Shown in pieces: positions 41,801 through 50,875 of a stretch of 64,000 nucleotides of DNA; position 1 is the first letter of the stretch, and each line of letters begins with the position of its first letter. Below the pieces are notes generated by a model. That model ran no database searches, was not told where the DNA came from, and worked only from the letters and a program-made list of their open reading frames with translations. The stretch is from a virus: positions 1-64,000 of IMG/VR virus record IMGVR_UViG_3300044846_001842, one strand, 5' to 3'. Made by a program: the position numbers and the translations under genes.

Positions 41801-44800
41801 AATAATGAAACACAAAATGCCTGGTAACAGCTTTGTAGCTGGTTCTGAATCAGGGTTTAAATTCAAAGAAAGTTTAGAAGGTATTGAACAATCAAGAATT
41901 ATTTTTTTTGATAATTGGAATGGTAAAGAATTACAAGGAACTCACACCACTGAAGTAAATGGCAAGACTGTTTTAAACAAAGCTCAAGTTTTTGTCCCTT
42001 CTAAATTTAAAGGTCCGGATAAGAAGTTAATTGATTTGTTTGAAGGGTTTAATGGTAAAGAGGGTAAATATATTACTAGAAGAGAAAATGGTACTTTAGG
42101 TTTAAAGCCAGGTATGATAGATCCTACTTTATTCAATAGTTTTACTTTTAGAACTCCTACTTCTTCCCATGTATCTGGGTCTAGTGTAGAAATTGCAGGT
42201 ATTTTGCCTCCTGAATCTGGAGATTTAATGATAGTACCTAAAAACTTTACTAAGCAAAAAGGTCTTGATTATGATATTGATAAAGAATCCGCTTACCAAT
42301 TAAATCATATTGTAGATGCTGATGGTAAAATTAAACCTCTTACTAAAGAGTATGCTGAAGCTAAGATACAAGAGTTAAAAGATAAAATTGAAAAGGCTAA
42401 TTTTAATAATCTTACAGCTTCAGCAAAAAGTAATTTTGCTCAAGAGTTATTTAAAAGCTTTGTTCAAGGAACAGGAAGTCTATTAGATGAAGAGTCTTTA
42501 GAAACTTTACTGCTTCCTCAAATTAGTCTTGTAGAAAAACTGACTAAAGTAGAAGCAGAGTTATCAAGAAAAATAGCTGAAAATGAGTTCATTAAGTGTC
42601 ACTTAGCTGTGTTTAACAATCCTGATACTGCTATTCAAAGTAAAATTAACAAGGTACTTTCCATAAAATTTGCTGGAAAACAAGCTGATTTGATTGAAGA
42701 ATTAACTGCTGCAGGAGAAAAAAACCAAGCTGTAGAAAAGATTAAAGCAGAGAATCCAGGTATGTCTTCTACAGAAGCAAACAAAAGATATGCTAAGACT
42801 GTCTTAAACTTTACTATGTTGACTAATACTTACCAAAAATCTAAAATGAATTTAGGTTCTATTGGTAAGACTGCTATTGGAGTGTATGCAAACTACACTA
42901 CTTTTAATGGATTATTACAACAAAATATTTCAGGTAAAGAAGTGTACATAATGGATGAGAATGGAGATCCAAAAACTATAACTATTGGAGGCTTTGTTTC
43001 TAATGGTACATTAGGAGTTGGAAAAACTCTCTCTCCAACAAGTAATGCTAACACTTGGGCAACTAAACACCAAAGAACTACTGCTGAGGTATTTGCTGAA
43101 AAAGAAAATACTGCAACAGATAATGAAAAAGAGCAAATCTTAGGTAGAGTTGGTGTTAATGAAGACACTATCAATGTAGATGCTTATTTGTCTTTGTTAG
43201 GTTTTGATAGAGATGAACTAGGAAATTCTATTTCTTACATGCTTCTTTCTCAGCCTGCAATTAGAGAGTTAGTTTCTATAAGAAAGACTAGTAAAGGTAT
43301 CTTAAAAGACTTCACTAAAAAAGAAGAGTTGCTTAGAAATCTAATTGAAAAAGTTTCTGAAGGCAATGTTACTTATAAAGAAGTAAAACCAGGCAAGTTT
43401 GAATTTGTGAGTAAAGAAACTGGAGAAATTGTGATTCCAGAAGGAAGCTTATTGACAGGTCAAAACTTAATGGAAGGTATTAAATATGGAGGGTCAGATC
43501 CAAAAGTTCAAGCTCATGCTTTAATTTCTTATATACAATTAGAAAAAGAAGCTAGAACTTTATCTACTCTTCAAAAAACTATCAATGCAAATAACTTAGG
43601 TAAGTCAATGATTGAGTCTCAGTTAAAACTAGAGGCTTTGAAAAGCTTACCTGATAATGGTGTAGTTAAAAATGTAGAGTCTTTAATTGGAGAGTTTAAT
43701 ACTGAAGCAGGAACAGGTGGTTTTTGGATGGGTAAATATTATGTTACTCCAACTACTCCTCAAGGGCAAATTGTAATTAATGGTCTTCAGTTAGGTAACA
43801 CTCTTTACAAAGACTTCTTCCCTTATCAAGAAAAAGCTATTGTAGAAGTAGTAAAAGAGATTCTTGCAATACAAGGTAAAGAAGAAGTTTCAGACAGTGT
43901 GATCATTGAAAACTTTGAAGATATAGTAGAAAGCATTAAAAGATACATCTACTCAAGACAAGGAAACAATGTGTTTGAAATGGACCCAAGATTCAAAAGG
44001 TTTGAGTTATTCAAAGACACTGAAACAAACACCTCATTATCTACTTATCTTAAGAGTTTGGCTGACAGTAAAGATGTAGCATTTGGTAAAGGTTTAAGAG
44101 TTGTTTCTCAAAATGCTTTACTAAGAAGCTTTACTTATGAAAGTGCTTTGAGTGAAGAGGATTACTCTGTGATTAAGTATAACAATGCTGCTACAGATAA
44201 CTTGGATGAAGAAGAATTGTACAACTCTATCCCAGAACTTATCCTTATGGATAAACCTCTGCCACCTAAAAATGGACAACCTTATTCTACTAAGCAATTA
44301 GCAGAAGATTTAGTAGCATACTCTTTCTTACAAGGAGGAGTTCAAAAAGCTACTGAGTTTGTGAAGTATGTTCCTGTAGAATACTTAGAAACAGTAGGAG
44401 CTTATGAGACAGTTAAGTCTTTTGAGAATGGAGAGTTAGTTGAGAAAAGTGTTTTTGTACCTGCAAATAGAAAACTACAAGGTTTCAATTCTAAGAAAAA
44501 CTCTAGCATTGATATCTTTGGAGTAGCTTTAGGTGTTGAGTCTTCTCAAGTAGGAAAGGGTCCTAGTATGTTTACTAGACAGTATTTCCAACACAACCCA
44601 AGTAAAGCTCCTAAAATGTCTTCTAAAGGTAAAAAATCAGAAGAGAATGGCTTACTCTCTTATGTGAGTGAGACTGGCAAAAGTCCTGCTTTTATTTCAG
44701 TTAAGAATAAAAAAGGAGAAGGCCAAAGATATTCTCTCTATGAAAATGTAGGAAATGGAGTGTACCAAAAAATAGACACTTTAGGTAATAAAGGAGTTAA

Positions 44801-45875
44801 TGAATATGAGTATAGAAATGCTAATGTGATTTCTATGAATTCAACTACAATACCTACTACTCCTAAAGTTGAAAATAAGGTTGAGACTGCAGATTCAGGA
44901 TTGCCATTTAATATCTTAGAAGGTAAAACTACTGTAAAAGAGGTTGCTACAGCTATTTCAGAAGCTTTGTTATCTCCGGAGTATGCTCATTTAGCTACTG
45001 CTGCTAAGTGGTTATTACCTGTAATCAAGAATGGTGGTCAAAAAGTAATCTTAGATAAAAACTTACCTGCTGCAGGTAGAGCAGGCAGAGAGTCTTTAGC
45101 TATAACTCTTAACCCTAAATACACAACAGAGACTTCTGCTGACACTACTGCCTTAGTGTTTATCCACGAGTTAATTCACACTGTTAGTGCTAAAGAAGTT
45201 ACAGCTTACTATGAAGCTGATGGGGTTAGTTTAAAATCAAACATTGATATACCTCCTCATGTTCAAAAGTTACACAAGGTTTTTGAAAGTTTCAGAGAAT
45301 TGTATAAAGATGAAATTGAAACTTTAAAGAATAAGAGAGACAATAAAGATGCTTCTTTAGACACTACTTATAGTGAAAGAGAAAGAGAAATAATCTATGC
45401 TGGTGTAAATATCAGAGAGTTTATGACTGTGGCTTTAACTTCTCCTGTATTCCAAAAAGAATTAAGTCAGGTGCCTTCTAAAACTCATGCTAATTTATGG
45501 GAAGAAATTAAGGATATTTTTATGAATATCATTAATGAAATCTACCCAGGGTTAAAAGATAACACAATGGCAAAAGATGCTATAGTGGCCTCTATGAATT
45601 TTATTAATGAAGAATCTAAAGTTAGAAGAGAAAAACAAGAGCAAGAAGTTTTACCTGCTGACATTGAAACTGAAATGGCAAAAGAAAATAGTACTAAACC
45701 TAAGTATGGTGTGCCTCAATCCTCTGAAGTAAAACCTTTTAATGAACCTAATACAGACCCTTCAAATAACATCAGAGATGAGAATAGTGGAGACTTAAGT
45801 ATTACAGATACAGAAAATATTGATACCTTTGCTAAAGAAGAAAAATCAGCCTGTGAAGGAGGTTTAGCAATTTAA
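32853..45875 (+). CDS. Virion-packaged RNA polymerase polyprotein (crAss-like two-barrel RNAP) with C-terminal zincin-like domain
   Basis: 4340 aa; STDAQEY, IKSSAFPLLP, QQDVP, RTPTSS, catalytic GLDYDIDK (42261-42284); HELIH (45165-45179) with downstream REF. Confidence 0.9.
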   Translation: MTFPSRKILTRFQQIQQEEANKDKGISSATGQGLSFDEIRSVDTSLNNKDISTISKFVDKGERDLREFNASEARKEMEKHAKQQAIEGDKLYSTYAQQTSSEEAMSLMDDNNKIKNLEEKSWATAYSRNAKFYDDSKPWYESVNVAAPIIKAAGFLSEIANDLFSDKKIGLSKKETQELAKLKEQTRVKLQPTLDILKTQYDTEKKRLQDLKLKAHIELGKKTGGGAYTGNITTDEIDDLTTAIAKYDKLGTQLTDYQSGKAGFWDGLGTQKEDLLTLGLYSLGENLHVARIKDKSDRIEKDKVANSKNPSYVPKEKLTPSEYAVLESEGYTQELESKNLFEGKLGYTWGAGVGQSLVMLEQTAATGGFGAAVEKTVAESILSGSMNTTLREAWQQGGTKLMLSTLGAKSAGGIANVAGTSAISPGAASMAAKHHIGNIEFVTDEKGKKKLLVGEERYNYYKKDFDKRVDLVGYEIENLEKKQKRTEAEEQKLQGLKDGLENLKEEFDTLYKPESWAESGWYGFTETAKENFSEKYVGDALPGVANNMLTRRIAKTQVGGKIAKGATELGEKFSQSTAGKVITAPLKGYNAARNVVNNLALGKLSNEAIAHTGQASLISSLPGEIAEEVWNQFMPTYKQDYAEQLEELKNASFYRDVVAQTLIMGGGFAGVGMAMRGRNYLSDKARLKEMYKSLDASITDDDVAQSILMNTGGTLYSPLDYDHKIMQLRKQNTAESHNQANKMEQNKFTNLAAMAIRTGTVDNFKKSLEGILSKKDVSDQTKQNVALAQGRIDSLMEVYDKHSEKDNFATIFDLSERKLANEQTVGLINENLAKQKEGAKEEVDAFLLRNNMSVDYDIDHLLDADYNDQGNNPEYVSFIEALNKENLTRVQTYGALLVEKAGFQMDNVNLLKEINDQTSPLYEERVKIKQGINQVYEKTLEKYQKSILTSDKAEFNYNNELQESPELAEEVMAKVKEQYKGRVDAEFFDEVLQKRKDVLEIKELRKQQQLQQDNLKKLLAGREAKTQPFNPETGEENIPAIIPPGTTVTVVDDIAENEHQNFVEESVNALTDVFPVDANTPIVAPNAIETPDAIIIDDSEFDLSLTNYTPEQSAAAKAFTQDAIERIETRLGRKPTFREFIEQTYKYASNKEAIKSLFPHMIKGWEDNGYAKENYWDVYNDLFNPFENAVTEYLKGMQNIFEIEMPVEEKDIYSEFEEKQAEVEKQVVAKTTSVVTYDEENMAVVTVAQTEQEIRNNLAITPKMGYTALGSITSVDEAGNITKRPAGTELTYQEGDVVDSRDLLDPNKFPTGTKVSVEIGDESLWNKVIATNGRNEKGELQFTTFDKWVKERQDKDPNFRNTQEFIDKVPMFYVDKTGKRIAYVQEVDKFDAYSVPNPKGSSKNPQKAAQDLAWSNQIQRAKDNARDLRNNINAGLKEVSITKSEDGPFNKLPLTMTKISVKEANPQAVLVVQRGTDLHIGFSKKFPGKVIDRQLFNAGEGGTNGNTWAMCQIGTIRNDKGEVVPQYRAYPLLREVPDVQVETARWALAAHMTLSGMTDKIKDTEFDMTREDAERIQAQINKHMGFNIESHLEAVSFIKTFFQTYSQGDKISSYVDTLFNREEAPNLRQHTNLKLLDTSHKIVEIQNGKVTSTDKTYKEYLMENLTTNIKSLNVGTEEKPIYATNIHPTITIDYVPLVENPGTQQVQEKQAETTQLAETIKQETTIDIAQHEKFLEGLNISLDDFEVSDDMIAGTDKLANLFKTTGNLNILQEKAIRQFIVHSIGEKVSMEYKSNVLKAVLKDAVKKELGEVLVNLNSQIKDLLAQVNNTSSTDPKVALLKEAYTTTLQNIKDINSNFTDLFDKSFADIQKQTQLVEKEKEVENENDSEETLSVKDYNKESIEESGKSKASYRLRRFLHKINKYNTKGVAQTTYLGLPSYMTFNDVYNELSKVLSMGSELESDYSKLIEKLKQSEAPFVKEIVAKLENADQQIKNEFVYNFVRHTLSSKFGMYENVNGETTLKMYNTNANEANRIVTNKWKNDNMVSGLYNKNGTVNVTFAEKLITEFESWDKDYTKVDQKDLRGWLGKLGITFQDAAWNQIYEKGIYNSQRETPFKDLYTVEGGGLFIPIVKFLTQAKNNPEKMKFDINSNIFSDLGGVTKALTLVETKYNPNLIALSFRDTGKNISTLVPTKYITDMVENLKRAVGDDSNTLIQDLKALSFSEDSVILDLLENVPAFKSLFKVHHVGLTSIKERGENPNKAGITDLSDIDFDMNALAGFQDRKVDKLPPGTKIEGINMRMAHMLSPTMSDKSTGLYIETAVFDFMKDKSLLFNVEEDGSVTGFKIALKELLFEKLVLPELKRIVKFHRTVGGTNIKNYDNGAQLFHLLPVMNTLKAEDGTRILEKLADPVLNYSIEEAMEEFGPIFQNAIEDVVNQEVAHKKQSWAPYTETVNGKTTSKLFDKTYFTEGDIKRDPSVDHDLAIIDFVLNNMLFNAEMFKVFAGDVANYSQDKVYTEERENRETGKKENQRVAPWEIKSDEAYISINKQIGTNLGKRLALLIAPGNKVANSRNESYNQIFLEDSVDITENASYLIKNYYGEEALTKATPTLDKYNEAARLLDKHQQGAITLAPEVYTEVVNTMKEARDKLSKDFADLSAYFDIESTDAQEYSTAAEHISLLHRMGRLTDKEKATISAKLDKGEILTKEELNVVFQPIKPVHTGTYINKDMDVNRVVYIKSSAFPLLPQLTAGTKLEGLRNKMEELEKSTGRFTRASFQTANKVGATKKTINPFDVNSLLDIREYSETDVNSSVLTLKRDNFRIQQDVPFKSDKAQDDKVSMGTQFFKLLFGDGVIEEYKEEERDKYATFSLDGKMVTGKELYQHYNKAFKDIVDSKKKTLFNELGLDNNGNVVDQNQFMVKLQDLLIKEATSRGYSLKSLAGLKIEQLQAKAGIYYEFKTPLWLSSDSNRYESLLNAIITNRIMKHKMPGNSFVAGSESGFKFKESLEGIEQSRIIFFDNWNGKELQGTHTTEVNGKTVLNKAQVFVPSKFKGPDKKLIDLFEGFNGKEGKYITRRENGTLGLKPGMIDPTLFNSFTFRTPTSSHVSGSSVEIAGILPPESGDLMIVPKNFTKQKGLDYDIDKESAYQLNHIVDADGKIKPLTKEYAEAKIQELKDKIEKANFNNLTASAKSNFAQELFKSFVQGTGSLLDEESLETLLLPQISLVEKLTKVEAELSRKIAENEFIKCHLAVFNNPDTAIQSKINKVLSIKFAGKQADLIEELTAAGEKNQAVEKIKAENPGMSSTEANKRYAKTVLNFTMLTNTYQKSKMNLGSIGKTAIGVYANYTTFNGLLQQNISGKEVYIMDENGDPKTITIGGFVSNGTLGVGKTLSPTSNANTWATKHQRTTAEVFAEKENTATDNEKEQILGRVGVNEDTINVDAYLSLLGFDRDELGNSISYMLLSQPAIRELVSIRKTSKGILKDFTKKEELLRNLIEKVSEGNVTYKEVKPGKFEFVSKETGEIVIPEGSLLTGQNLMEGIKYGGSDPKVQAHALISYIQLEKEARTLSTLQKTINANNLGKSMIESQLKLEALKSLPDNGVVKNVESLIGEFNTEAGTGGFWMGKYYVTPTTPQGQIVINGLQLGNTLYKDFFPYQEKAIVEVVKEILAIQGKEEVSDSVIIENFEDIVESIKRYIYSRQGNNVFEMDPRFKRFELFKDTETNTSLSTYLKSLADSKDVAFGKGLRVVSQNALLRSFTYESALSEEDYSVIKYNNAATDNLDEEELYNSIPELILMDKPLPPKNGQPYSTKQLAEDLVAYSFLQGGVQKATEFVKYVPVEYLETVGAYETVKSFENGELVEKSVFVPANRKLQGFNSKKNSSIDIFGVALGVESSQVGKGPSMFTRQYFQHNPSKAPKMSSKGKKSEENGLLSYVSETGKSPAFISVKNKKGEGQRYSLYENVGNGVYQKIDTLGNKGVNEYEYRNANVISMNSTTIPTTPKVENKVETADSGLPFNILEGKTTVKEVATAISEALLSPEYAHLATAAKWLLPVIKNGGQKVILDKNLPAAGRAGRESLAITLNPKYTTETSADTTALVFIHELIHTVSAKEVTAYYEADGVSLKSNIDIPPHVQKLHKVFESFRELYKDEIETLKNKRDNKDASLDTTYSEREREIIYAGVNIREFMTVALTSPVFQKELSQVPSKTHANLWEEIKDIFMNIINEIYPGLKDNTMAKDAIVASMNFINEESKVRREKQEQEVLPADIETEMAKENSTKPKYGVPQSSEVKPFNEPNTDPSNNIRDENSGDLSITDTENIDTFAKEEKSACEGGLAI

Positions 45876-45886
45876 AAGACAAAACT

Positions 45887-48800
45887 ATGGGATGTTTACC
45901 ACACAAAGAATCAATCTCTAATGCTACTAAAGATTTAAAAGAAAAAGGATTTTTAGGGGCTAAAAGAGATGTACCTTTAGATAAAGTAGATGAGGTAAAA
46001 GAATATCACAATTCTTTATTAAAAACTATTAATGATAATTATGGTTTACAACTTACTTCTTTATTTGAAGTAGAAATTAAAGTTACAAATTCTGAATCAG
46101 ATTCTAAGTTTTCAAGAGATACTGTTGCTAGGTTAACTTTTACAGAGAGTGCTTTTACTCAAATAGATGCCAAAAGAAAAGAGTTAGGCATTTATGAAGA
46201 TAAAGTTTCTATTGGAGAGTATAATGATTTTATGACTATTGAAAAAGAGACTAAAGTAGAAGAAGAAATAAAAAGACTGGCTGAGATTAGAGAAGTTAAT
46301 GCTCAGTCAGGTTTTATCAATGAAGCTGGAGATATTTTTGCTACAGCAGAAGAAGCTATGCTCTCTCAAGAAGAGGATTTATTTCTAGAAGAAAGTGATG
46401 ATAACTTGATTATCTCTAGGAGTACAAGTGCTTCTTTAAATGATCCTTCTTATGACAGTTACTTAAAACAAAAAGAAAATATCTTAAGAAAAGTAGAAAT
46501 TAATATTGAAAGACTTTATAATGAAAAGAGAGTAAGTCCTCAGTCTGATACAACTGCTAAAATTTCTAGGTTAACTAGAATACAGGAGAGTTTAAAAAGA
46601 GAAATAGATGACTTTAATACTCAAGCTAATAAGGTAGATTTAATAAATGACTATTTTCAAAGAGATTTTGATTTAATTCAAGAGCTTTTAGATAATCCTA
46701 CATTAGACAATCTTTTCTTAGCCAAAGAAGTTTTTAAATACATTGAAACTTCAGCTAACACAAGTATTGAGAACAGAAATAACTCTTTATTTACCCCTAA
46801 AAGCAACACTTATTTTGCTCCTGAAGTTAAAACTCTTATAGATGAAATAGCTTCTAAAGTAAATGATGTAAGAGCTGACATTGATACTTCTCTAGACAAC
46901 ATTTTTCTAAACCTTTTAGAAAAGCATGCTCCTAATTTAGCTACTCTTTATCCTCAGTATGTGACTACTGATTCTGCTGGAAATCAAGATGTAGATATTG
47001 AAGCTATAAAAGAAGAGTTGCTACAACAACTTCAAGACATTACTTGGGGAGAATCTATGTTTTTTGGGCTAGGACAAAATGTGTCAAGTCCTAATAACAT
47101 CTTAGATGATTTGATGGTTTTAGAGTATGAGAAGGCTTCTATTAGAGAATCTGCTAAAGCTCAGAGAATTATTGCTGACATTGATTCAGCTATAGAAGAT
47201 GCTGAAAAAGAACTGGAAAAATTAGGTAAAAAAATCACAGCCAGAGTAGGTAAAATTGTTTATTCCGGATATGATTATAGTATTTTTTATCAAAAAGACA
47301 GTAATAAAAATGTAAAACCTAATCTAGTAGGTAAGTATTCTAAAAAATGGGGAGATACTATTGGGTCTATATTTTCTGACTCTAATAAAAAAGTATTTCA
47401 AGCAAGACAAAACAAAGACTGGTCAGAAGTAGAAAGACTCTTATCTGAAAAATACAGAGAGATGAATGATGTTTCTGATTTTGTAGATTTCACCTTGCTT
47501 CATGATGTTGTGTCAGGCCCAGCTTATGCTAAATTTAAAAACCCTGATACTGCTGCAGCTCAGCAATATAAGCAAGATCTTGTTGATAAGATTGGAGAAG
47601 AAGAATATCAAAATCTAGTAGAACAACAAAAAAACTTCCTAGATAATTTTATGGAAGAAATGAAAGTTCTTACTGATTTTAAAAAAGCAGAAGAAAATGT
47701 CACTAAATATAGATATTTATCTGATGCTGCTAAAACTAGTTTAGAAATTACTGAAAAAAGATTGAGTCCTTTAGAGTTTTTAAAGGCACATCAATCTAAT
47801 CAACAAAATATGATTACCTACACTATAGGTACTCAAACTAATCAAAAACCTTCTTTTTTAAAATACAACACTGTAATACCTAAAGTGCAAACTTCTAATG
47901 GAGTTGATACAGATTTTTATGATAAGGATTTTGATATGATAGACACTAATCCTGCCCTAAAGAAACTATGGACAGCAATGAGAGCTAGCTCTAAAACTAT
48001 TGCAGAGAACCTTGTAGATTCTGATTTAAGAGTAAGTACAGACTCAGTCTTGTTTATGGAGAAACAGAATGCAGAACAGCTTATGGATAAGAGCTTTCTT
48101 GATTTAGTGAAAAGAGGATTAGGTAAATTATTTAATGTAAAAGGGTTTTTAAAAGGTATTGTTAGTGCTAAAAGACCTAATTACAACCATCAAAATAATG
48201 AAGTAGTTTTAGCTGGAGAACTAAAAACAGTTCAAGGCCAAGTTAAAAAAGACTATGATTTAACTAAGACTGAAGTTTCTAATATTTTAGATAAACAAAT
48301 ATTAGATAACACAGATATAACACTGTCTAGTCTTAGCCCTCAGCAAGTAAAAGCTCTTTTAGATACTTTAGGAGTATCTTCTATCCAAGAGTTTCAAACT
48401 GATATTCCTAGTGATGTTTTTAAAGTTTCAGAATTAAAAGTGTTTTCTGAAAGAAGAGTCATGCAGTCTCAAACTTTAAACTTGCCAGTTTTAATGAAAG
48501 CTCTACTAGAAATCTCTGCAGAGCACAAAGCTAGAACTGAAGCAAAGAATGAAATGGCTGTTTACATCACTAAAAGTAACACTATAAAAAACCAAAAAGA
48601 TACTGTCTTTAATAAAAAAGGAGGAGATAGAAAAAGTGAGAGAGAAAGACAAGAGTTTTGGAATGAAAGAGTAGTTCTTAATAAGAATCAAAAAGACTTA
48701 GGGGGTAGTATAAGCCAAAGTTTAATCAGTGCTTTTGGAAAAGCTGATTTTAATGTAGCTTTACTAGGTCAGCATTTCTATAAAAATTTCTCAAAAGAAG

Positions 48801-50836
48801 AAAAATTAATCTACAACTCCGCTATAAAAAGGTTGGGTAAAATTGAAACTGAAATTGCTAATGCAACTTCTGATAAAAAGATTAAAGAATTACAATCTGA
48901 AAAACAAGATTTAGAACAAAGAATTAGACTCTTAGGTAAAGACTATATGTTTGCTGCTTTATTTGATAAGGTAGTAAATGAACTTACAGTTAAAGTAGGA
49001 TTAGGTTATAATGTAGTGGCTAATGTTAGAAACAGATTTCAAGCTTTCTTTACTTTACTTGCTAGAGATGGAGAATTTTGGAGTAATGGAAATATCTATC
49101 CTGTAAACCATTTTATAGGATTAAATAAACTAAGATTTACTAATAAAAATTATGCTACCCAATGGGATATAAGTGAACTTTTTGTAAAACAATTAGGTAG
49201 AATCCAAGATGGTACTAATGAGTTACAAAAAGCTGAAAGTAAATTACAAAAAAGAGCTAGGTGGTTTTCTCCTATGTATGGAACTCAAGTAGTTGAGTAC
49301 TATAACCAAAAGTCAGGTATACTAGCTATGGCTATGGATGTCATGGTTAAAGATGTCAATGGAAAAGAAGAACCTTTATTTGATGGAGGAGCTTTTAATG
49401 TGTATAAAGACCCAAAAGAAACAGGAGGAAAGCTAGTATTAAAAGATGAGTTTAGAACTCCAGAGAATATAGCTCAGTTTGAATCTATGGACTCTGAAGA
49501 TATGACTACCTGGAAAACTGATATAGATAATATGACTAAAAGTATTGCTGGAGATTACAGCAAGACTGGTATCACTAGAATCAAAGGTAGTATCTACACT
49601 AAACCTTTTATGGTTTTTAAAACCTGGCTTCCTAGATTTATTTCTTCAAGATATAGATATGAGCAAAAAAATATCAGAACAGGTCAGACTGAAACAGGGT
49701 ATTTATTGTCTACTTTCTTAAATAAAAAAACTTCTGTGGCAGGAGGATTAATGCTTGGAGTTACTAGTCTTATAGGTATAGCTGCATCTTCTCCAATTCT
49801 TGTGGGAGGTTTTGTAACAGCAGGTTCTATAGCAGCAGCTATGGCTATATACAAGAAAAGTAAAGGGCAAGGGCCTATTGTTGATCCTACTGAGTTAATT
49901 AGTATTAAAGAGCAAGCTTTATTTGTTCTGAAGAGTGTAGCTTACACTCCTTTAGAATGGGGTAATATTGTTTCCGGAAAACAGCTAATAAAACAACCTA
50001 CTTTTAGTGAGGATGCTAAACTAACTAAACAAGAAAAAAGAGATGTTAGGTTAATGGCAAGAAACATGCAGACTACTATTGCCTTTATAATGATAAAACT
50101 TGCAATACAAGCTTTGTTTCAAGACAATGAAGAAGATGAACCAAAACCTGAAGACCCAGATGAAATCTTAGCTTGGGAACAAAGAAAAAAGGATAAGGAA
50201 GAAGATAAAAAATGGTACAACTTTGTAGAAAATCAAGTTACAGGAATGTACCAAGAGATTTCTTTAGCTATGGATCCTTATGCTATGGCAAGTACTTTAG
50301 GTAGTAAAAATGGTCTTCAAAATAGTATGGATAAAATAGTTAAAATCTGTACTAGTCTTATTAATTATGCAAAAGGAGAGGATGAAATATCTAGAGGAGA
50401 AAGACAAGGTCAATCTAAATTAGGTAATTCTATTAGAAAACAGTTTCTTCCTGCTCTAGTTAGAGATATTGGCCATGATACTTGGAGAGGAGGTCTTGAA
50501 GCTTCTATGGAGACTGAGTGGGACAAAGATGAGTGGATGGATGGAATATTTGATTCTGATTATAAAGAGGATAAGACTGCTGCAGAGAAAAAAAGAAAAG
50601 AAGTGAGGCTTCAAATTATTGAGGATTATGACAATTCTTTAAACCCTGATCTTAGAAATATGACAGAAGATGAAAAGAAAAGTTCAGCTAAAGCAGAAGC
50701 TCTAGATTTGTTTCCTAATCCGGAAAGAGAAAATTACACTGAAGAACAAGAAAGAAATCCAGGAGTAGAAGAATTTACAGGAGAACCTGTAAAACCTGCA
50801 CCAGAAGAAACAGATCCTAATCAAGGACAATATTAA
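45887..50836 (+). CDS. Large ejected cargo protein with C-terminal membrane segment
   Basis: 1649 aa, helical; FMVFKTWLP..GQTETGY motif; hydrophobic stretch VAGGLMLG..AAMAIY. Confidence 0.65.
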   Translation: MGCLPHKESISNATKDLKEKGFLGAKRDVPLDKVDEVKEYHNSLLKTINDNYGLQLTSLFEVEIKVTNSESDSKFSRDTVARLTFTESAFTQIDAKRKELGIYEDKVSIGEYNDFMTIEKETKVEEEIKRLAEIREVNAQSGFINEAGDIFATAEEAMLSQEEDLFLEESDDNLIISRSTSASLNDPSYDSYLKQKENILRKVEINIERLYNEKRVSPQSDTTAKISRLTRIQESLKREIDDFNTQANKVDLINDYFQRDFDLIQELLDNPTLDNLFLAKEVFKYIETSANTSIENRNNSLFTPKSNTYFAPEVKTLIDEIASKVNDVRADIDTSLDNIFLNLLEKHAPNLATLYPQYVTTDSAGNQDVDIEAIKEELLQQLQDITWGESMFFGLGQNVSSPNNILDDLMVLEYEKASIRESAKAQRIIADIDSAIEDAEKELEKLGKKITARVGKIVYSGYDYSIFYQKDSNKNVKPNLVGKYSKKWGDTIGSIFSDSNKKVFQARQNKDWSEVERLLSEKYREMNDVSDFVDFTLLHDVVSGPAYAKFKNPDTAAAQQYKQDLVDKIGEEEYQNLVEQQKNFLDNFMEEMKVLTDFKKAEENVTKYRYLSDAAKTSLEITEKRLSPLEFLKAHQSNQQNMITYTIGTQTNQKPSFLKYNTVIPKVQTSNGVDTDFYDKDFDMIDTNPALKKLWTAMRASSKTIAENLVDSDLRVSTDSVLFMEKQNAEQLMDKSFLDLVKRGLGKLFNVKGFLKGIVSAKRPNYNHQNNEVVLAGELKTVQGQVKKDYDLTKTEVSNILDKQILDNTDITLSSLSPQQVKALLDTLGVSSIQEFQTDIPSDVFKVSELKVFSERRVMQSQTLNLPVLMKALLEISAEHKARTEAKNEMAVYITKSNTIKNQKDTVFNKKGGDRKSERERQEFWNERVVLNKNQKDLGGSISQSLISAFGKADFNVALLGQHFYKNFSKEEKLIYNSAIKRLGKIETEIANATSDKKIKELQSEKQDLEQRIRLLGKDYMFAALFDKVVNELTVKVGLGYNVVANVRNRFQAFFTLLARDGEFWSNGNIYPVNHFIGLNKLRFTNKNYATQWDISELFVKQLGRIQDGTNELQKAESKLQKRARWFSPMYGTQVVEYYNQKSGILAMAMDVMVKDVNGKEEPLFDGGAFNVYKDPKETGGKLVLKDEFRTPENIAQFESMDSEDMTTWKTDIDNMTKSIAGDYSKTGITRIKGSIYTKPFMVFKTWLPRFISSRYRYEQKNIRTGQTETGYLLSTFLNKKTSVAGGLMLGVTSLIGIAASSPILVGGFVTAGSIAAAMAIYKKSKGQGPIVDPTELISIKEQALFVLKSVAYTPLEWGNIVSGKQLIKQPTFSEDAKLTKQEKRDVRLMARNMQTTIAFIMIKLAIQALFQDNEEDEPKPEDPDEILAWEQRKKDKEEDKKWYNFVENQVTGMYQEISLAMDPYAMASTLGSKNGLQNSMDKIVKICTSLINYAKGEDEISRGERQGQSKLGNSIRKQFLPALVRDIGHDTWRGGLEASMETEWDKDEWMDGIFDSDYKEDKTAAEKKRKEVRLQIIEDYDNSLNPDLRNMTEDEKKSSAKAEALDLFPNPERENYTEEQERNPGVEEFTGEPVKPAPEETDPNQGQY

Positions 50837-50875
50837 AAAAAAAATAAAGTAAGGCTTTTTAAAAGCCTTACTTTA
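50835..50875. terminator. Terminator at the convergence of the two transcription units
   Basis: TAAAGTAAGGCTTTT-T-AAAAGCCTTACTTTA inverted repeat, preceded by an A tract (U tract on the - strand). Confidence 0.8.

Noticed and set aside
3627-48691. Many short - strand ORFs inside the structural genes (e.g. 3627-4037, 11101-11370, 42893-43174) and + strand alternative-frame ORFs (26708, 40339)
   Set aside because: Shadows of long codon-biased genes; Phe/Ser/Leu/Ile-rich, with no motifs or expression signals
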